Notes: a model not told the origin generated them from the sequence alone. A stretch of DNA of 64,000 nucleotides from Caulobacteraceae bacterium (GCA_036511515.1 DATCCB010000076.1:2482-66481); one strand, 5' to 3'; counted from the first letter of the stretch, positions 8,849-18,716 are shown. Numbers and translations: made by a program.

Positions 8849-10663
8849 GTGATACTCACCGCCGCCCAGGCCTGCATCCGTTACCTGGCCAGCCAGTTCG
8901 TCGACGTGGACGGCGACAGGGTGCGTTTCTTCGCCGGCGCCTGGGCGATATTCGGCCATGGCAACGTGGCCGGACTTGGCGAGGCCCTCCATGCCTGCCG
9001 CGATCAGCTGCCGACTCTGCGGGCCCACAACGAGCAGGCCATGGGCCATGCGGCGATCGCCTACGCCAAGGCCCAGCGGCGGCGCCGGGCGATGATCTGC
9101 ACCAGTTCGGTCGGTCCTGGGGCGACCAACATGGTCACGCCGTGCGCCCTGGCTCACGTCAATCGCCTGCCGGTGCTGTTTCTGCCGGGGGACGTCTTCG
9201 CCGGCAGGGGTCCGGACCCGGTGCTGCAGCAGGTCGAGGATTTCGCCGACGGCACGGTGTCGGCCAACGACTGCTTTCGCCCGGTCTCCCGCTTCTTCGA
9301 CCGGATCGCGCGGCCGGAGCAGCTCATCGCGGCGCTGCCCAGGACCATGGCCATGCTCACCGATGCCGCGGCATGTGGGCCGGCGACGCTCGCCTTCTGC
9401 CAGGATGCGCAGACTGAGGCGTTCGATTATCCGCCGGCGTTCTTCGAACCACGCCTGTGGCGCACGCGCCGCCAGGACGCCGATCCGCGCGAGATCGCCG
9501 ATCTGGCTCGTTTGCTCAAGGCAGCGGTCGCCCCGCTGATCATCGCCGGGGGCGGCGTGATCTATGGCGGCGCGGAGACGGCGCTGGCCGAATTCGCCCT
9601 GACGACCGGCATTCCGGTGGCAGAGACGCAAGGGGGCAAGGGCGCGCTGATCTGGGATCATCCCTGTAATCTTGGCGCGATCGGGGTCACCGGGACCAGC
9701 GCCGCCAATGGCGCCGCCGGCGCGGCCGACCTGGTGATAGGGATCGGAACGCGGCTGACCGATTTCACCACCGGATCGCGCGGTTTGTTCGCTAATCGCG
9801 CCTGCCGGCTGGCCCAGATCAACGTCGGCGCCTTTGACGCCCACAAGCACGGGGCCCTGGCTGTGGTCGGCGATGCCGTCGCCGTACTGGCGGCGTTGGC
9901 GGTGGAAATCGGCGATTGGCAAGTCCCGGTCACGTGGCGGGAGACCTGTTCGGCCGGGCTCGCCGCCTGGAACCGCGATTGGCACGCGGCGACCGCTCCG
10001 ACCAAAGACGGTCAACTTGCCTCGGACGCGCAGGTGCTGGGGGCGGTCTGGCGAGCGGCGCCGGCGGACGCGGTCGTCGTCTGCGCCGCCGGCGGCGTGC
10101 CCGGAGAGCTGCACAAGCTTTGGCGCACGCGCGCGGCCGGCGGCTACCACGTCGAATACGGCTATTCGTGCATGGGCTACGAGATCGCCGGCGGCCTTGG
10201 CGTGAAGCTCGCCGACCCCAGCCGCGGGGTCATCGTCATGGTCGGCGACGGCAGCTATCTGATGCTCAATTCCGAGATCGCCACCTCGGTGAGCCTCGGC
10301 CAAAAACTGATCATCGTCGTGCTCGACAATGGCGGTTTCGGCTGCATCGACCGTCTGCAGCGAAGCCTTGGCTCCGCCCCCTTCAACAATCTCCTGCCAT
10401 CGGAGGCCCGCGTCGACTTTGCCGCTCATGCCGCCAGCCTCGGCGCCCTGGCCGACGTCGCCATCGACATCGCGGGTCTCGAGGCCGCCATGGCCCGCGC
10501 GCTCGCCGCCGACCGCACCAGCGTCATCGTCATCGCCACCGATCCGGCCGCGAGCACGGAGGTTGGCGGCGCGTGGTGGGACGTGCCGGTCAGCGAAGTC
10601 TCCGAACGTCCGGAAGTCGTCGCGGCCCGCGAATCTTACGAGGCGGCGCGCCATCGACGATGA
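8849..10663 (+). CDS. iolD: THcHDO acylhydrolase (ThDP-dependent)
   Basis: AIFGHGNVAGLGEAL, HNEQAM, HVEYGYSCMGYEIAG, GDGSYLMLNSE, GAWWDVPV. Confidence 0.95.
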   Translation: MILTAAQACIRYLASQFVDVDGDRVRFFAGAWAIFGHGNVAGLGEALHACRDQLPTLRAHNEQAMGHAAIAYAKAQRRRRAMICTSSVGPGATNMVTPCALAHVNRLPVLFLPGDVFAGRGPDPVLQQVEDFADGTVSANDCFRPVSRFFDRIARPEQLIAALPRTMAMLTDAAACGPATLAFCQDAQTEAFDYPPAFFEPRLWRTRRQDADPREIADLARLLKAAVAPLIIAGGGVIYGGAETALAEFALTTGIPVAETQGGKGALIWDHPCNLGAIGVTGTSAANGAAGAADLVIGIGTRLTDFTTGSRGLFANRACRLAQINVGAFDAHKHGALAVVGDAVAVLAALAVEIGDWQVPVTWRETCSAGLAAWNRDWHAATAPTKDGQLASDAQVLGAVWRAAPADAVVVCAAGGVPGELHKLWRTRAAGGYHVEYGYSCMGYEIAGGLGVKLADPSRGVIVMVGDGSYLMLNSEIATSVSLGQKLIIVVLDNGGFGCIDRLQRSLGSAPFNNLLPSEARVDFAAHAASLGALADVAIDIAGLEAAMARALAADRTSVIVIATDPAASTEVGGAWWDVPVSEVSERPEVVAARESYEAARHRR

Positions 10664-11397
10664 CCGACGCCGAGCTTCTTGCGATTCAGCGCCAGACGGA
10701 CCAGGTGTTTACGCCTGAAGGGCGGATCGAGCGGACGAACGATCCCGATCGTTCGCCGGGGGCCAGATTTTCCCTTCGTGGGTGCGCTGAGGGGAACCTG
10801 GCGGCCGTTGGCTGGGAAGTATCTGACGCTGTCGCCGCCCGGTTACTGGCCCTTGCCGCGGAAGAGCCGCCATTTGTGGTTCAGAGCGGCGGTCCAACGC
10901 ACCACAGTCGCTATGTGGCGCTGGTGTCGCAAGACGGCCTGGCCCCAGAAGCGAGGCTTGGCGTGACCTATGTTCTGCCCAACCCCTGTGGTTATGACGC
11001 CAAGGCGCGTCTGATCCACTCTCATACTCAGGAAGGGGAAGATCTTCTGGCTGGCCTGGCGGCCAACGGTCTGCCGCCCGCGATGTTGGATTTGGGTTTT
11101 CGCGACAATGTCTCCGAATTCTGGCCGCCTTGGTGCGTGGCGCTTGTCGATGGCCAGATCGCCTCAATCGCGTTCGCGGCGCGCCTCTCGGCGAGCGGCG
11201 CGGACGTGGGGGTCGCGACTGTGCGATCGCATCGCGGCCGAGGCTACGCCGCGGCGGCTACCGCGGGCTGGACCCGGTCGCCAATGCTGGAGGGTCGGGC
11301 GCTGTTCTATAGCGCGGCTCAGGCCAACGGGTCTTCAAGGGCGGTGGTCGCGCGCCTGGGTCTCCGGTTTCTGGGCGCCAGTCTGGAGATGTCGTGA
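10660..11397 (+). CDS. GNAT family acetyltransferase
   Basis: ATGA overlap with the iolD stop; C-terminal GNAT motif HRGRGYA and N..S..V..RLG. Confidence 0.75.
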   Translation: MTDAELLAIQRQTDQVFTPEGRIERTNDPDRSPGARFSLRGCAEGNLAAVGWEVSDAVAARLLALAAEEPPFVVQSGGPTHHSRYVALVSQDGLAPEARLGVTYVLPNPCGYDAKARLIHSHTQEGEDLLAGLAANGLPPAMLDLGFRDNVSEFWPPWCVALVDGQIASIAFAARLSASGADVGVATVRSHRGRGYAAAATAGWTRSPMLEGRALFYSAAQANGSSRAVVARLGLRFLGASLEMS

Positions 11398-11398
11398 A

Positions 11399-12310
11399 GT
11401 GAGCGTCCAGATTGGCGTCAGCCCGATCGCCTGGGTCAACGACGACATGCCCGAGCTGGGCGGCGGCACGAGGCTGGAAACCATTCTGCGCGACGCCGAC
11501 GAGATCGGCTTTACCGGCATCGAGCTTGGCGGGATTTTCCCGCGCGACGCGGCAACGCTGCGGCCGCTGCTGGGCGCGCACCACCTGGAACTGGCCGGGG
11601 GTTGGTTCGGGGGGCGGCTCCTCAGCCACGGCGTCGAGGCGGAGATCGCCCGCGCACGCGACCATCTGGCCCTGCTCGCGGCGATGGGCTGCACCGTGTT
11701 CATCTATGCCGAAGTCAGCAACGCCATCCACGGCGCGCGCGACATGGCGCGATCGGCCAGACCCCGACTTTCGAATGAGATTTGGAAGGTGTTCGGCGAA
11801 CGGCTGACCGAATTTGCCGAAACCATCGCCGCCGAGGGCTTTCGCCTCGCCTATCATCCGCACCTGGGCACCGTGGTCGAGGGTCCTGAGGATCTGGCGG
11901 CGTTCATCGCCCACACCGGCGAGGCCGCCGGCCTGACCCTGGATACCGGCCATGCAACGCTGGCGGGTATCGACCCGATCGCGGTGATTGGCGCGCATCC
12001 GGGCCGCATTGCTCACGTGCACTGCAAGGATGTCAGAGGCGCCGTGTTCGAGGCGGTCAGGGTGCGGGAGATGAGTTTCCTGGGCGGGGTCCTGGCCGGC
12101 ATGTTCACCGCGCCGGGCGACGGCGATCTAGATTGGCCGGCGGTGATGGGCGCGTTGGCGGCGATCGGCTATAGCGGCTGGATGGTCGTCGAAGCCGAGC
12201 AGGACCCGGCCATGGCCGATCCGAAAACTTTCAGCGCCATGGGCCTGGCGACATTGCGCTCGGCGGCGAGGGCCGCGGGGCTGGCCGTCGCAACGGGAAC
12301 GGGTCGATGA
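11399..12310 (+). CDS. iolE: myo-inosose-2 dehydratase
   Basis: IGVSPIAWVNDDMPELGG, YHPHLGT, DTGH, HVHCKD, GWMVVEAEQDP; GTG start 1 nt after the GNAT stop. Confidence 0.93.
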   Translation: MSVQIGVSPIAWVNDDMPELGGGTRLETILRDADEIGFTGIELGGIFPRDAATLRPLLGAHHLELAGGWFGGRLLSHGVEAEIARARDHLALLAAMGCTVFIYAEVSNAIHGARDMARSARPRLSNEIWKVFGERLTEFAETIAAEGFRLAYHPHLGTVVEGPEDLAAFIAHTGEAAGLTLDTGHATLAGIDPIAVIGAHPGRIAHVHCKDVRGAVFEAVRVREMSFLGGVLAGMFTAPGDGDLDWPAVMGALAAIGYSGWMVVEAEQDPAMADPKTFSAMGLATLRSAARAAGLAVATGTGR

Positions 12311-13110
12311 GCAAACTTCTCGTCCGACAGGCCGTGCCTGACGCATCCGGCTGTGTGCTGGATATTACGCCAGCCAGCGCCGGCTGGACCTATGTCGGGT
12401 TCAGGCTTCTGCGGATTCCCGCCGGGGAGCAGATTCGCGGCGGCGAGGCGGGCCGAGAAGCCTGCCTCGTCGTCCTATCGGGCTGCGCGGACATCACGAT
12501 CGGCGCGCGAACCTGGAATGAGCTTGGCGGGCGGGATAGCGTGTTCGCCGACGCACCGCCAGCGGCGGTCTATGCGCCGGCGGGAAGCGCCTACGCGCTG
12601 GTCGCCAGGACCGCTGTCGAACTGGCCGTGTGCACGGCGCCCGGCTCGCCCGGCCGCACGGCGCGGCTGATAGACCCCGCTTCGATGACCCGCGAGGTGC
12701 GCGGCGCCGGGACCAACCGGCGCTTCGTGCGCAACATCCTGTCCGAAGCCGAAGCCGCCGACAGCCTGCTGGTGGTCGAGGTGATCACGCCGGGTGGACA
12801 CTGGTCCAGCTGGCCGCCGCACAAGCATGACACGGCCGCCAAGGGCCAGGAAACCGCTCTCGAGGAGACCTACTATCACCGGCTTTCGCCGCCCCAAGGG
12901 TTCGCCTTCCAGCGCGTCTACACCGACGACGGCGCGATCGACGAGACCGTCTGCGTCCACGACGGCGATGTCGTGCTGGTGCCGCGCGGCTATCACCCTG
13001 TCGGGGCGCCCCATGGCTATGACCTCTATTATCTCAATGTGATGGCCGGCGCGGAACGCCGCTGGAAGTTCCGCAACGACCCCGTTCATGACTGGATCGC
13101 GCGCCGATAA
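12307..13110 (+). CDS. iolB: 5-deoxy-glucuronate isomerase
   Basis: ITPASAGWTYVGF, EVITPGGHWSSWPPHKHD, LEETYYHR, YYLNVMAG. Confidence 0.95.
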   Translation: MSKLLVRQAVPDASGCVLDITPASAGWTYVGFRLLRIPAGEQIRGGEAGREACLVVLSGCADITIGARTWNELGGRDSVFADAPPAAVYAPAGSAYALVARTAVELAVCTAPGSPGRTARLIDPASMTREVRGAGTNRRFVRNILSEAEAADSLLVVEVITPGGHWSSWPPHKHDTAAKGQETALEETYYHRLSPPQGFAFQRVYTDDGAIDETVCVHDGDVVLVPRGYHPVGAPHGYDLYYLNVMAGAERRWKFRNDPVHDWIARR

Positions 13111-13112
13111 TT

Positions 13113-13385
13113 CTACTGAGGCGGAGGCGGGGCCTGGCGAGCGGCGTGTTTGGCTTCGCGGCGGGCGGCCATGGCCGATTGGCAATCGGCCGAGACTTCG
13201 CTGGCGTGGGCCTTCATGCACTGCATGATCCGGCCGCCGCCGTGTTCCACGCCGGCGCAAAGCCGCTGGATGTCCGCGCGACAGGCGCCGTGCATGGGGT
13301 TTGGCGGTGGAACCTGCCCGCTGGCCGCGCCAACAGAGATCAGGGAAAAGGCTGCGGTGGCGAAGGCGATCGAACGGAGCGTCAT
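13113..13385 (-). CDS. Secreted cysteine-rich-repeat (GLG1-like) small protein
   Basis: Signal peptide; ACRADIQRLC...GGGRIMQCM...SADC four-Cys pattern. Confidence 0.8.
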   Translation of the reverse strand: MTLRSIAFATAAFSLISVGAASGQVPPPNPMHGACRADIQRLCAGVEHGGGRIMQCMKAHASEVSADCQSAMAARREAKHAARQAPPPPQ

Positions 13386-13513
13386 GAGATACCTCGGTTT
13401 TGGCGCACGCTGTCGTGCGTGAGCGCGTTTAGTCGGCTATTGAACGCCCGACGCTCGAAAATCCGTCGCGGTCCGCCTGGGCGCGCGGGCAAGAGAGAGA
13501 TCGGCAGGCGACA

Positions 13514-14386
13514 ATGGACTCGGCCAAAGGCGCTGATGAAGACGGTGGTGGGCCCGGCGTATGTCTGGTCATCGCCGACGTCGACGGCACGCTGGTCACC
13601 GAGGAAAAAGTGCTCACGCCAAGGGCCCGCGCGGCGGTGAAGGCTCTGGCCGAGACGGGCATAGCCTTCGCCATCACCAGCGGGCGACCGCCGCGCGGCA
13701 TGGCCATGCTGGTCGAGCCCCTTGGCGTGACCACGCCGATCGCGGGTTTCAATGGCGGCGTGTTCGTTCATCCGGACATGAGCGTCCTGGAGGAAAACAC
13801 CCTCAGCGGCGCAGTGGCGCGGGAGGCGGCCCAGCTGATCGGCGAGGGCGGCCTGGACGTTTGGGTCTATACGGCCAAGGATTGGCTGGTCCGCGACGCG
13901 GCCGCGCCGCACGTCGCCCGCGAACAGTGGACGGTGAAGTTTCCGCCAAAGGTCGTCGGTAACTTCGGCAAGGCGCTGGACGAGGCCGTCAAGATTGTCG
14001 GGGTCAGCGACGATCTGGAGCGTGTCGCACGCTGCGAGGCGACGGTGCAGAAGGCGCTGGGCGCCAGGGCCTCGGCCGCGCGCTCACAGCCCTATTACCT
14101 CGACGTCACCCATCCCAAGGCCAACAAGGGACAGGTGGTCGCCACGCTGTCCAGATTGCTGTCGGCCCCGCCCGATCGGATCGCCACCATCGGCGACATG
14201 CCCAATGACGTGCCGATGTTTCGCAAGGCCGGCTTGAGCATCGCCATGGGCAACGCCAGCCCCGAGGTTCAAAAGCAGGCCAGGTACGTGACTGCTTCGT
14301 ACAATGACGAGGGCTTCGCCAAGGCGATCGAGCGTTATGTGCTCGGCGATGCGCGAACTGCCAACCCAAAGGAGACGACTAGATGA
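13514..14386 (+). CDS. Cof-type HAD-IIB hydrolase
   Basis: DVDGTL motif I, TSGR, NKG, GDMPND, AMGNA. Confidence 0.9.
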   Translation: MDSAKGADEDGGGPGVCLVIADVDGTLVTEEKVLTPRARAAVKALAETGIAFAITSGRPPRGMAMLVEPLGVTTPIAGFNGGVFVHPDMSVLEENTLSGAVAREAAQLIGEGGLDVWVYTAKDWLVRDAAAPHVAREQWTVKFPPKVVGNFGKALDEAVKIVGVSDDLERVARCEATVQKALGARASAARSQPYYLDVTHPKANKGQVVATLSRLLSAPPDRIATIGDMPNDVPMFRKAGLSIAMGNASPEVQKQARYVTASYNDEGFAKAIERYVLGDARTANPKETTR

Positions 14387-15306
14387 GCGCCAGGACGAGC
14401 GAGATTCTCAGCTGGTATGGGGCCGACAACCCGGGCACCCTGACCAATCTGTCCCGGCTGCTGAATCACGGGCGCCTCGGCGGCACCGGCAAGCTGGTCA
14501 TCCTGCCCGTCGATCAGGGCTTCGAACATGGACCTGCGCGCTCGTTCGCGCCAAATCCCCCCGCCTATGATCCGCGCTACCACTTCGATCTGGCCATCGA
14601 GGCGGGCTGCAACGCCTTCGCCGCGCCGCTGGGCGTGCTCGAGGCCGGCGCGCGCGACTACGCCGGACAGATTCCGCTGATCCTCAAGGCCAATGACAAC
14701 GACGCCCTGCGCGACGACGCCGACCCGGGCCAGGCCCTGACCGCCAGCGTCGACGATGCCCTGCGTCTGGGGGCGAGCGCCATCGGCTTCACCATCTATC
14801 CGGCCTCGGCCCATCAGATCGAGATGTTCGGCCAGATCCGCGCCTATGCCGAAGAGGCCAAGCAGAAGGGCCTGGCGGTGGTCATCTGGTCCTACCCACG
14901 CGGTTCGAGCCTCAGCAAGCCGGGGGAGACGGCCATCGATGTCATCGGCTATGCGGTGCAGATCGCCGCCCAGCTCGGCGCCCACATCATCAAGGTCAAG
15001 CTGCCAACCGATCACATCGAGCAGGACGCCGCCCGCAAGGTCTATGAGGCGTGCAAGATACCCATAGCCACCCAAGCTGAGCGCGTGCGCCACGTCATCG
15101 ACTGCGGCTTCGCCGGCCGGCGGATCGTGATTTTTTCCGGTGGCGCCACCGTCGCCGACGACGGCGCACTGTTCGAAGAGATTCGCGCCATTCACCAGGG
15201 TGGCGGGTTCGGCTCGATCATCGGCCGCAACTCATTCCAGCGCACCAGGGCCGACGCCCTGAAGATGCTGGCGGGAGCGATGGAGATCTACGCCGGGCCG
15301 GCGTAA
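14383..15306 (+). CDS. fbaB: Class I fructose-bisphosphate aldolase (DhnA/FbaB type)
   Basis: ILPVDQGFEHGP, WSYPRG, GAHIIKVK Schiff-base Lys, GSIIGRNSFQR. Confidence 0.9.
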   Translation: MSARTSEILSWYGADNPGTLTNLSRLLNHGRLGGTGKLVILPVDQGFEHGPARSFAPNPPAYDPRYHFDLAIEAGCNAFAAPLGVLEAGARDYAGQIPLILKANDNDALRDDADPGQALTASVDDALRLGASAIGFTIYPASAHQIEMFGQIRAYAEEAKQKGLAVVIWSYPRGSSLSKPGETAIDVIGYAVQIAAQLGAHIIKVKLPTDHIEQDAARKVYEACKIPIATQAERVRHVIDCGFAGRRIVIFSGGATVADDGALFEEIRAIHQGGGFGSIIGRNSFQRTRADALKMLAGAMEIYAGPA

Positions 15307-15350
15307 CTATTGCGGCATGATGGGCTTTCACCTCTGACCTCGGATTGGCT

Positions 15351-15490
15351 TTGCGCCCCCTCCGTCACGGCGCTGATCGCGCCGCGCCACCTCCCCCGCA
15401 AAAGGGCAGGGGAGGAGTTTGTCTAAAATTCCTCACCCGCGCAGCGGGGGAGGGGGACCGCCCGCGACGCGGGTGGTGGAGGGGGCGCGA
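15351..15490. repeat. CIR-like palindromic repeat (family A, copy 2), between convergent fbaB and cysK
   Basis: GCGCCCCCTCC...GGAGGGGGCGC terminal inverted repeats with internal hairpins; matches 670-803. Confidence 0.9.
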
Positions 15491-15508
15491 GGCGGCCGGA
15501 TTCTCTAC

Positions 15509-16552
15509 CTACGGCTTGAAGAGAGGGGTCGAGGCGAGGATCTCTTTCTCCTCGTCAGTCATCTCAACCGGGACATCGGCGAACAGCGGGGTGCTCAGAT
15601 AGCGCTCGCCAGTGTCGGGAAGCATGCACAAAATCACCGAGCCTTCAGGCGCGTTGGCGGCGGTGCGCAGGGCCCCAGCGAAGGTTGCGCCCGAGGAGAT
15701 GCCGACGAAAATACCCTCCTTGAGGGCCAGTTCGCGGCTCCAGTGAATGGCGTCGGCCCCGCTGATCGGCAGGACCTCATCGACAAGGGCCATGTCGACC
15801 GCGTCCCCCGTCAGCTTGGGAATGAAGTCGGGTGTCCACCCCTGCACGGGGTGGGGTTTCCACGCCGGGTGGCCCTCGGCCGCCGAGCCGTCCGCCTTGC
15901 GAGCCTGGGGAACACCGCTGGCCAGCAGCGGAGCGTCCTGCGGCTCGCAGACGATGATCTTGGTTTCCGGACGCTCTTTGTCGAGCACCCGGCCCACCCC
16001 TTTGAGCGTGCCGCCGGTGCCATAGCCGGTGACCCAGTAGTCGAGCCGCTCGCCCGCGAAATCGTCCAGGATTTCCCGGGCGGTGGTGCGGGAGTGCATG
16101 TCCGCGTTGGCTTCGTTCTCGAACTGGTGGGTCTGGAACCACCCGTGGGTCGTGGCCAGTTCGACGGCCTTGGCGACCATGCCGACGCTGCGCCCGGCGG
16201 CCGGGGTCAGCACCACCTTGGCCCCGAGGAATCGCATCAACCTGCGGCGCTCGAGGCTGAAGGTTTCGGGCATGGTGACGACAAGCGGATACCCCTTCTG
16301 AGCGCAGACCATGGCCAGGCCGATGCCGGTGTTGCCGCTGGTGGCTTCGATGACGGTCTGACCCGGCTTCAGCTGGCCCGATGCCTCCGCCGCTTCGATG
16401 ACCCCCAGCGCCAGGCGGTCCTTGACCGAGCCCATCGGGTTGAACGCCTCGATCTTGACCCACAGGGTGACGTTGCGCGGCGCTAGGCGATTGATCCTGA
16501 CCACCGGCGTTCCGCCGACCGTCTCCAGGATGTTCTGATATTTGCGGGCCAT
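15509..16552 (-). CDS. cysK: Cysteine synthase (PLP-dependent)
   Basis: NPMGSVKDR, EATSGNTG, GYGTGGT, GISSGA, PDTGERYLST. Confidence 0.92.
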   Translation of the reverse strand: MARKYQNILETVGGTPVVRINRLAPRNVTLWVKIEAFNPMGSVKDRLALGVIEAAEASGQLKPGQTVIEATSGNTGIGLAMVCAQKGYPLVVTMPETFSLERRRLMRFLGAKVVLTPAAGRSVGMVAKAVELATTHGWFQTHQFENEANADMHSRTTAREILDDFAGERLDYWVTGYGTGGTLKGVGRVLDKERPETKIIVCEPQDAPLLASGVPQARKADGSAAEGHPAWKPHPVQGWTPDFIPKLTGDAVDMALVDEVLPISGADAIHWSRELALKEGIFVGISSGATFAGALRTAANAPEGSVILCMLPDTGERYLSTPLFADVPVEMTDEEKEILASTPLFKP

Positions 16553-16605
16553 GCGAAGTCCTTCCTAAACCGGAACCCTGTGCTGTTCCTCGGCGGGCAC
16601 CCCTG

Positions 16606-17226
16606 TCAAGGCGCCAGGCGCTTGGCGAACCACAGCACCTGCGGCGGAACGCCCGAGGGGCGCAGTTCGGTCAGCCCATGGTGGCGATAAAAGCCGATGG
16701 CCCGCTGATTGGCGACGCCGACCCCCAGGTGCGCGCCGTAAGCGCCGGCCCGGCGCATGGCGTTCAGCCATCGGTCGATCAGGGCGCCTCCGAGGCCCTG
16801 GCCCTGAAGGCGGGGCAAAAGGTTGATGTGAAGGTGGGCGGGAAATTCTTCCACGACACGGGTCGGGGCGTGGGGCGGATGGTAAATCAGATAGCTCAGC
16901 CGCTGGTCATGATCCCAGCCCTCGTGCGGCGTGGGATGCGGATCGCCATAAGTCGGCTTCAGGGTTGGCCACCATTCCGCTTCCAGCCGCGCCTCGAAGG
17001 CGCGGGTGTCCTTGCATCCGACAATATAGCCCCCGACCCCTGCCTCATCCTCGACCACAAAGGCGCTTTCCGGCTCTAGGCTGGCGTAAGGAGCGGCATA
17101 GACGTGGCCGACCAGCCTTGGATCGCGGTAGAGCCCTGTGGCGTCGGTTCCGCTCGCGCCGGTCTGGAGGGCGATGTCATAGAGCGCGTCCAGATCGGCG
17201 CCGCGATAGCCGCGAATCTCAACCAT
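16606..17226 (-). CDS. GNAT family acetyltransferase
   Basis: PAHLHINLLPRLQGQGLG; N.RAIGFY motifs. Confidence 0.88.
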   Translation of the reverse strand: MVEIRGYRGADLDALYDIALQTGASGTDATGLYRDPRLVGHVYAAPYASLEPESAFVVEDEAGVGGYIVGCKDTRAFEARLEAEWWPTLKPTYGDPHPTPHEGWDHDQRLSYLIYHPPHAPTRVVEEFPAHLHINLLPRLQGQGLGGALIDRWLNAMRRAGAYGAHLGVGVANQRAIGFYRHHGLTELRPSGVPPQVLWFAKRLAP

Positions 17227-17379
17227 GGCCCGCTCTTGAAGAGGTCAGCCCGAGGATAGCCGATCTACCCGCGCACCTTGCCGCGAAACAGTCGGTAGGG
17301 CCAGCCGGGCGCCGCGGAGCCGCCTTCTACGCCAGGCGTGATGCGCGAAAGGCGCTCGGGGTTCCCTGTGACCGCGGGA

Positions 17380-17580
17380 TCAAACGCCGGGAGTCGCGGA
17401 CGATGTCAGTGTCTCCACCAGGCGGTCGCCTTCCCAGATCTCCGCGCCTTGGTAATGGGTGGATGAGGCAAGGCGCGCGCGCGCCAGTTCACTCGCCCGC
17501 GCGTCGCTGCTCACCGTAAGGGTATCCAGGGTCGGCACCGAATAGCGTCGATCGTGAATATACAAAATATAGGTCTTCAA
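17380..17580 (-). CDS. Small hypothetical protein
   Basis: 66-aa ORF with natural composition (Y.LYIHD.RYSVPTL...ARARL...EIWEGDR); TTG start. Confidence 0.6.
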   Translation of the reverse strand: MKTYILYIHDRRYSVPTLDTLTVSSDARASELARARLASSTHYQGAEIWEGDRLVETLTSSATPGV

Positions 17581-17741
17581 GTAGCCCCCGCGCTCACCTT
17601 ATAAAACGCTGCGGTGCGACCAATATTCCAAGCGCCCCTGTGGAAAGTGTCGGGTGGGCGACAGACGCGACAATAAATTCTCGCCTTCAAACTTGCGGCG
17701 CACGCCATCAATCCGACAGCGAGTTCCTCAAAATTGTCGAT

Positions 17742-17954
17742 CTATTCAAGCGGAGAGGGGGATTCTGCGGCTCTTACGGCGGTCATCAGCCTGTCAGCCG
17801 TCAGCCGAGCGGCTTCGACCGTAAGAACGAACTCAATCGGAGCCTGGTCCGATTCAACGAGGATCTCGCCATCGACGACACGAACCTGGAAAGGGGTGTC
17901 GAAAGCGCCGCGGCGCGCGATAAGGGTCATCGGACGCTCCTCAAGGCATGACAA
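17742..17954 (-). CDS. Small hypothetical protein
   Basis: Plausible 62-70 aa ORF (AFDTPFQVRVVDGEI...LT.EAAR.TA.RL); GAGGAG precedes the internal ATG. Confidence 0.55.
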   Translation of the reverse strand: MSCLEERPMTLIARRGAFDTPFQVRVVDGEILVESDQAPIEFVLTVEAARLTADRLMTAVRAAESPSPLE

Positions 17955-18014
17955 CGGGCTGCCGGCCAGCGTTGTTCCACCGCTCTTGGGTCCGGGCGTC
18001 GGCAGGGGGTGGGC

Positions 18015-18716
18015 ATGATCAACCGCAATCTGGTGCTCGCTGCGCTGGCCGATGCCGATCGCGCGGCCCTGAAGGGCGACATGCAGGAGGTCTCGCTGAT
18101 TTCAGGCGATGTTCTTTACGAGCCGGACTACCGCGTCGAATGGGTCTATTTCCCCAACACGGCCGTGGTCTCGGTGGTCACGGTAATGTCCGACGGCCGA
18201 ACGGTGGAGAGCGACACGGTCGGTTACGAGAGCGTGGTGGGCGTATTGGCGGCGCTCGGCGCTTCGGTGGCCATCAGCCGCACTTTCACCCAGATTCCGG
18301 GTTCGGCGACGCGGCTCTCGGCTGCGCGGTTGAGGCGCCAGGTCGACGAAAGCAGCGTGCTGCGCAGGCTGCTGGTGCGTCACTCGCAAGCCAATCTTGC
18401 TCAGGCGCATCAGTCGGTGGCTTGCAACGCCCTGCATTCGGTTAACCAGAGACTGTGTCGCTGGCTGCTGATGTCGCAGGATCGCACCGCTTCGGAAACC
18501 GTGCAGCTTACCCAGCAGTTTCTTGCGGCAATGGTCGGGGTTCAGCGGACGACGATCACCCAGGCCCTGAGCGACCTGGCCGGAGCCGGGCTGATCCGGC
18601 GCGGCCGCGGCCGCATCTTCATTCTCGATCGGGCCGGACTGGAGGCGCGCGCCTGCGAATGCTACCGCGCCGTTCGCGCCAACCTGGAGCGTCTGATCGG
18701 GCAGGCGCCATCGTGA
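18015..18716 (+). CDS. Crp/Fnr family transcriptional regulator
   Basis: NLVLAAL, VYFP, VGYES cNMP-like domain; ACNALHS..QRLCRWLL; LTQQFLA.MVGVQRTT HTH. Confidence 0.92.
   Translation: MINRNLVLAALADADRAALKGDMQEVSLISGDVLYEPDYRVEWVYFPNTAVVSVVTVMSDGRTVESDTVGYESVVGVLAALGASVAISRTFTQIPGSATRLSAARLRRQVDESSVLRRLLVRHSQANLAQAHQSVACNALHSVNQRLCRWLLMSQDRTASETVQLTQQFLAAMVGVQRTTITQALSDLAGAGLIRRGRGRIFILDRAGLEARACECYRAVRANLERLIGQAPS

Noticed and set aside
8804-10654. 616-aa minus-strand ORF
   Set aside because: Antisense shadow of iolD.
9916-10659. N-terminal extension of the 493-aa GNAT ORF
   Set aside because: Off-frame overlap with iolD; the ATG at 10660 overlapping the iolD stop is the plausible start.
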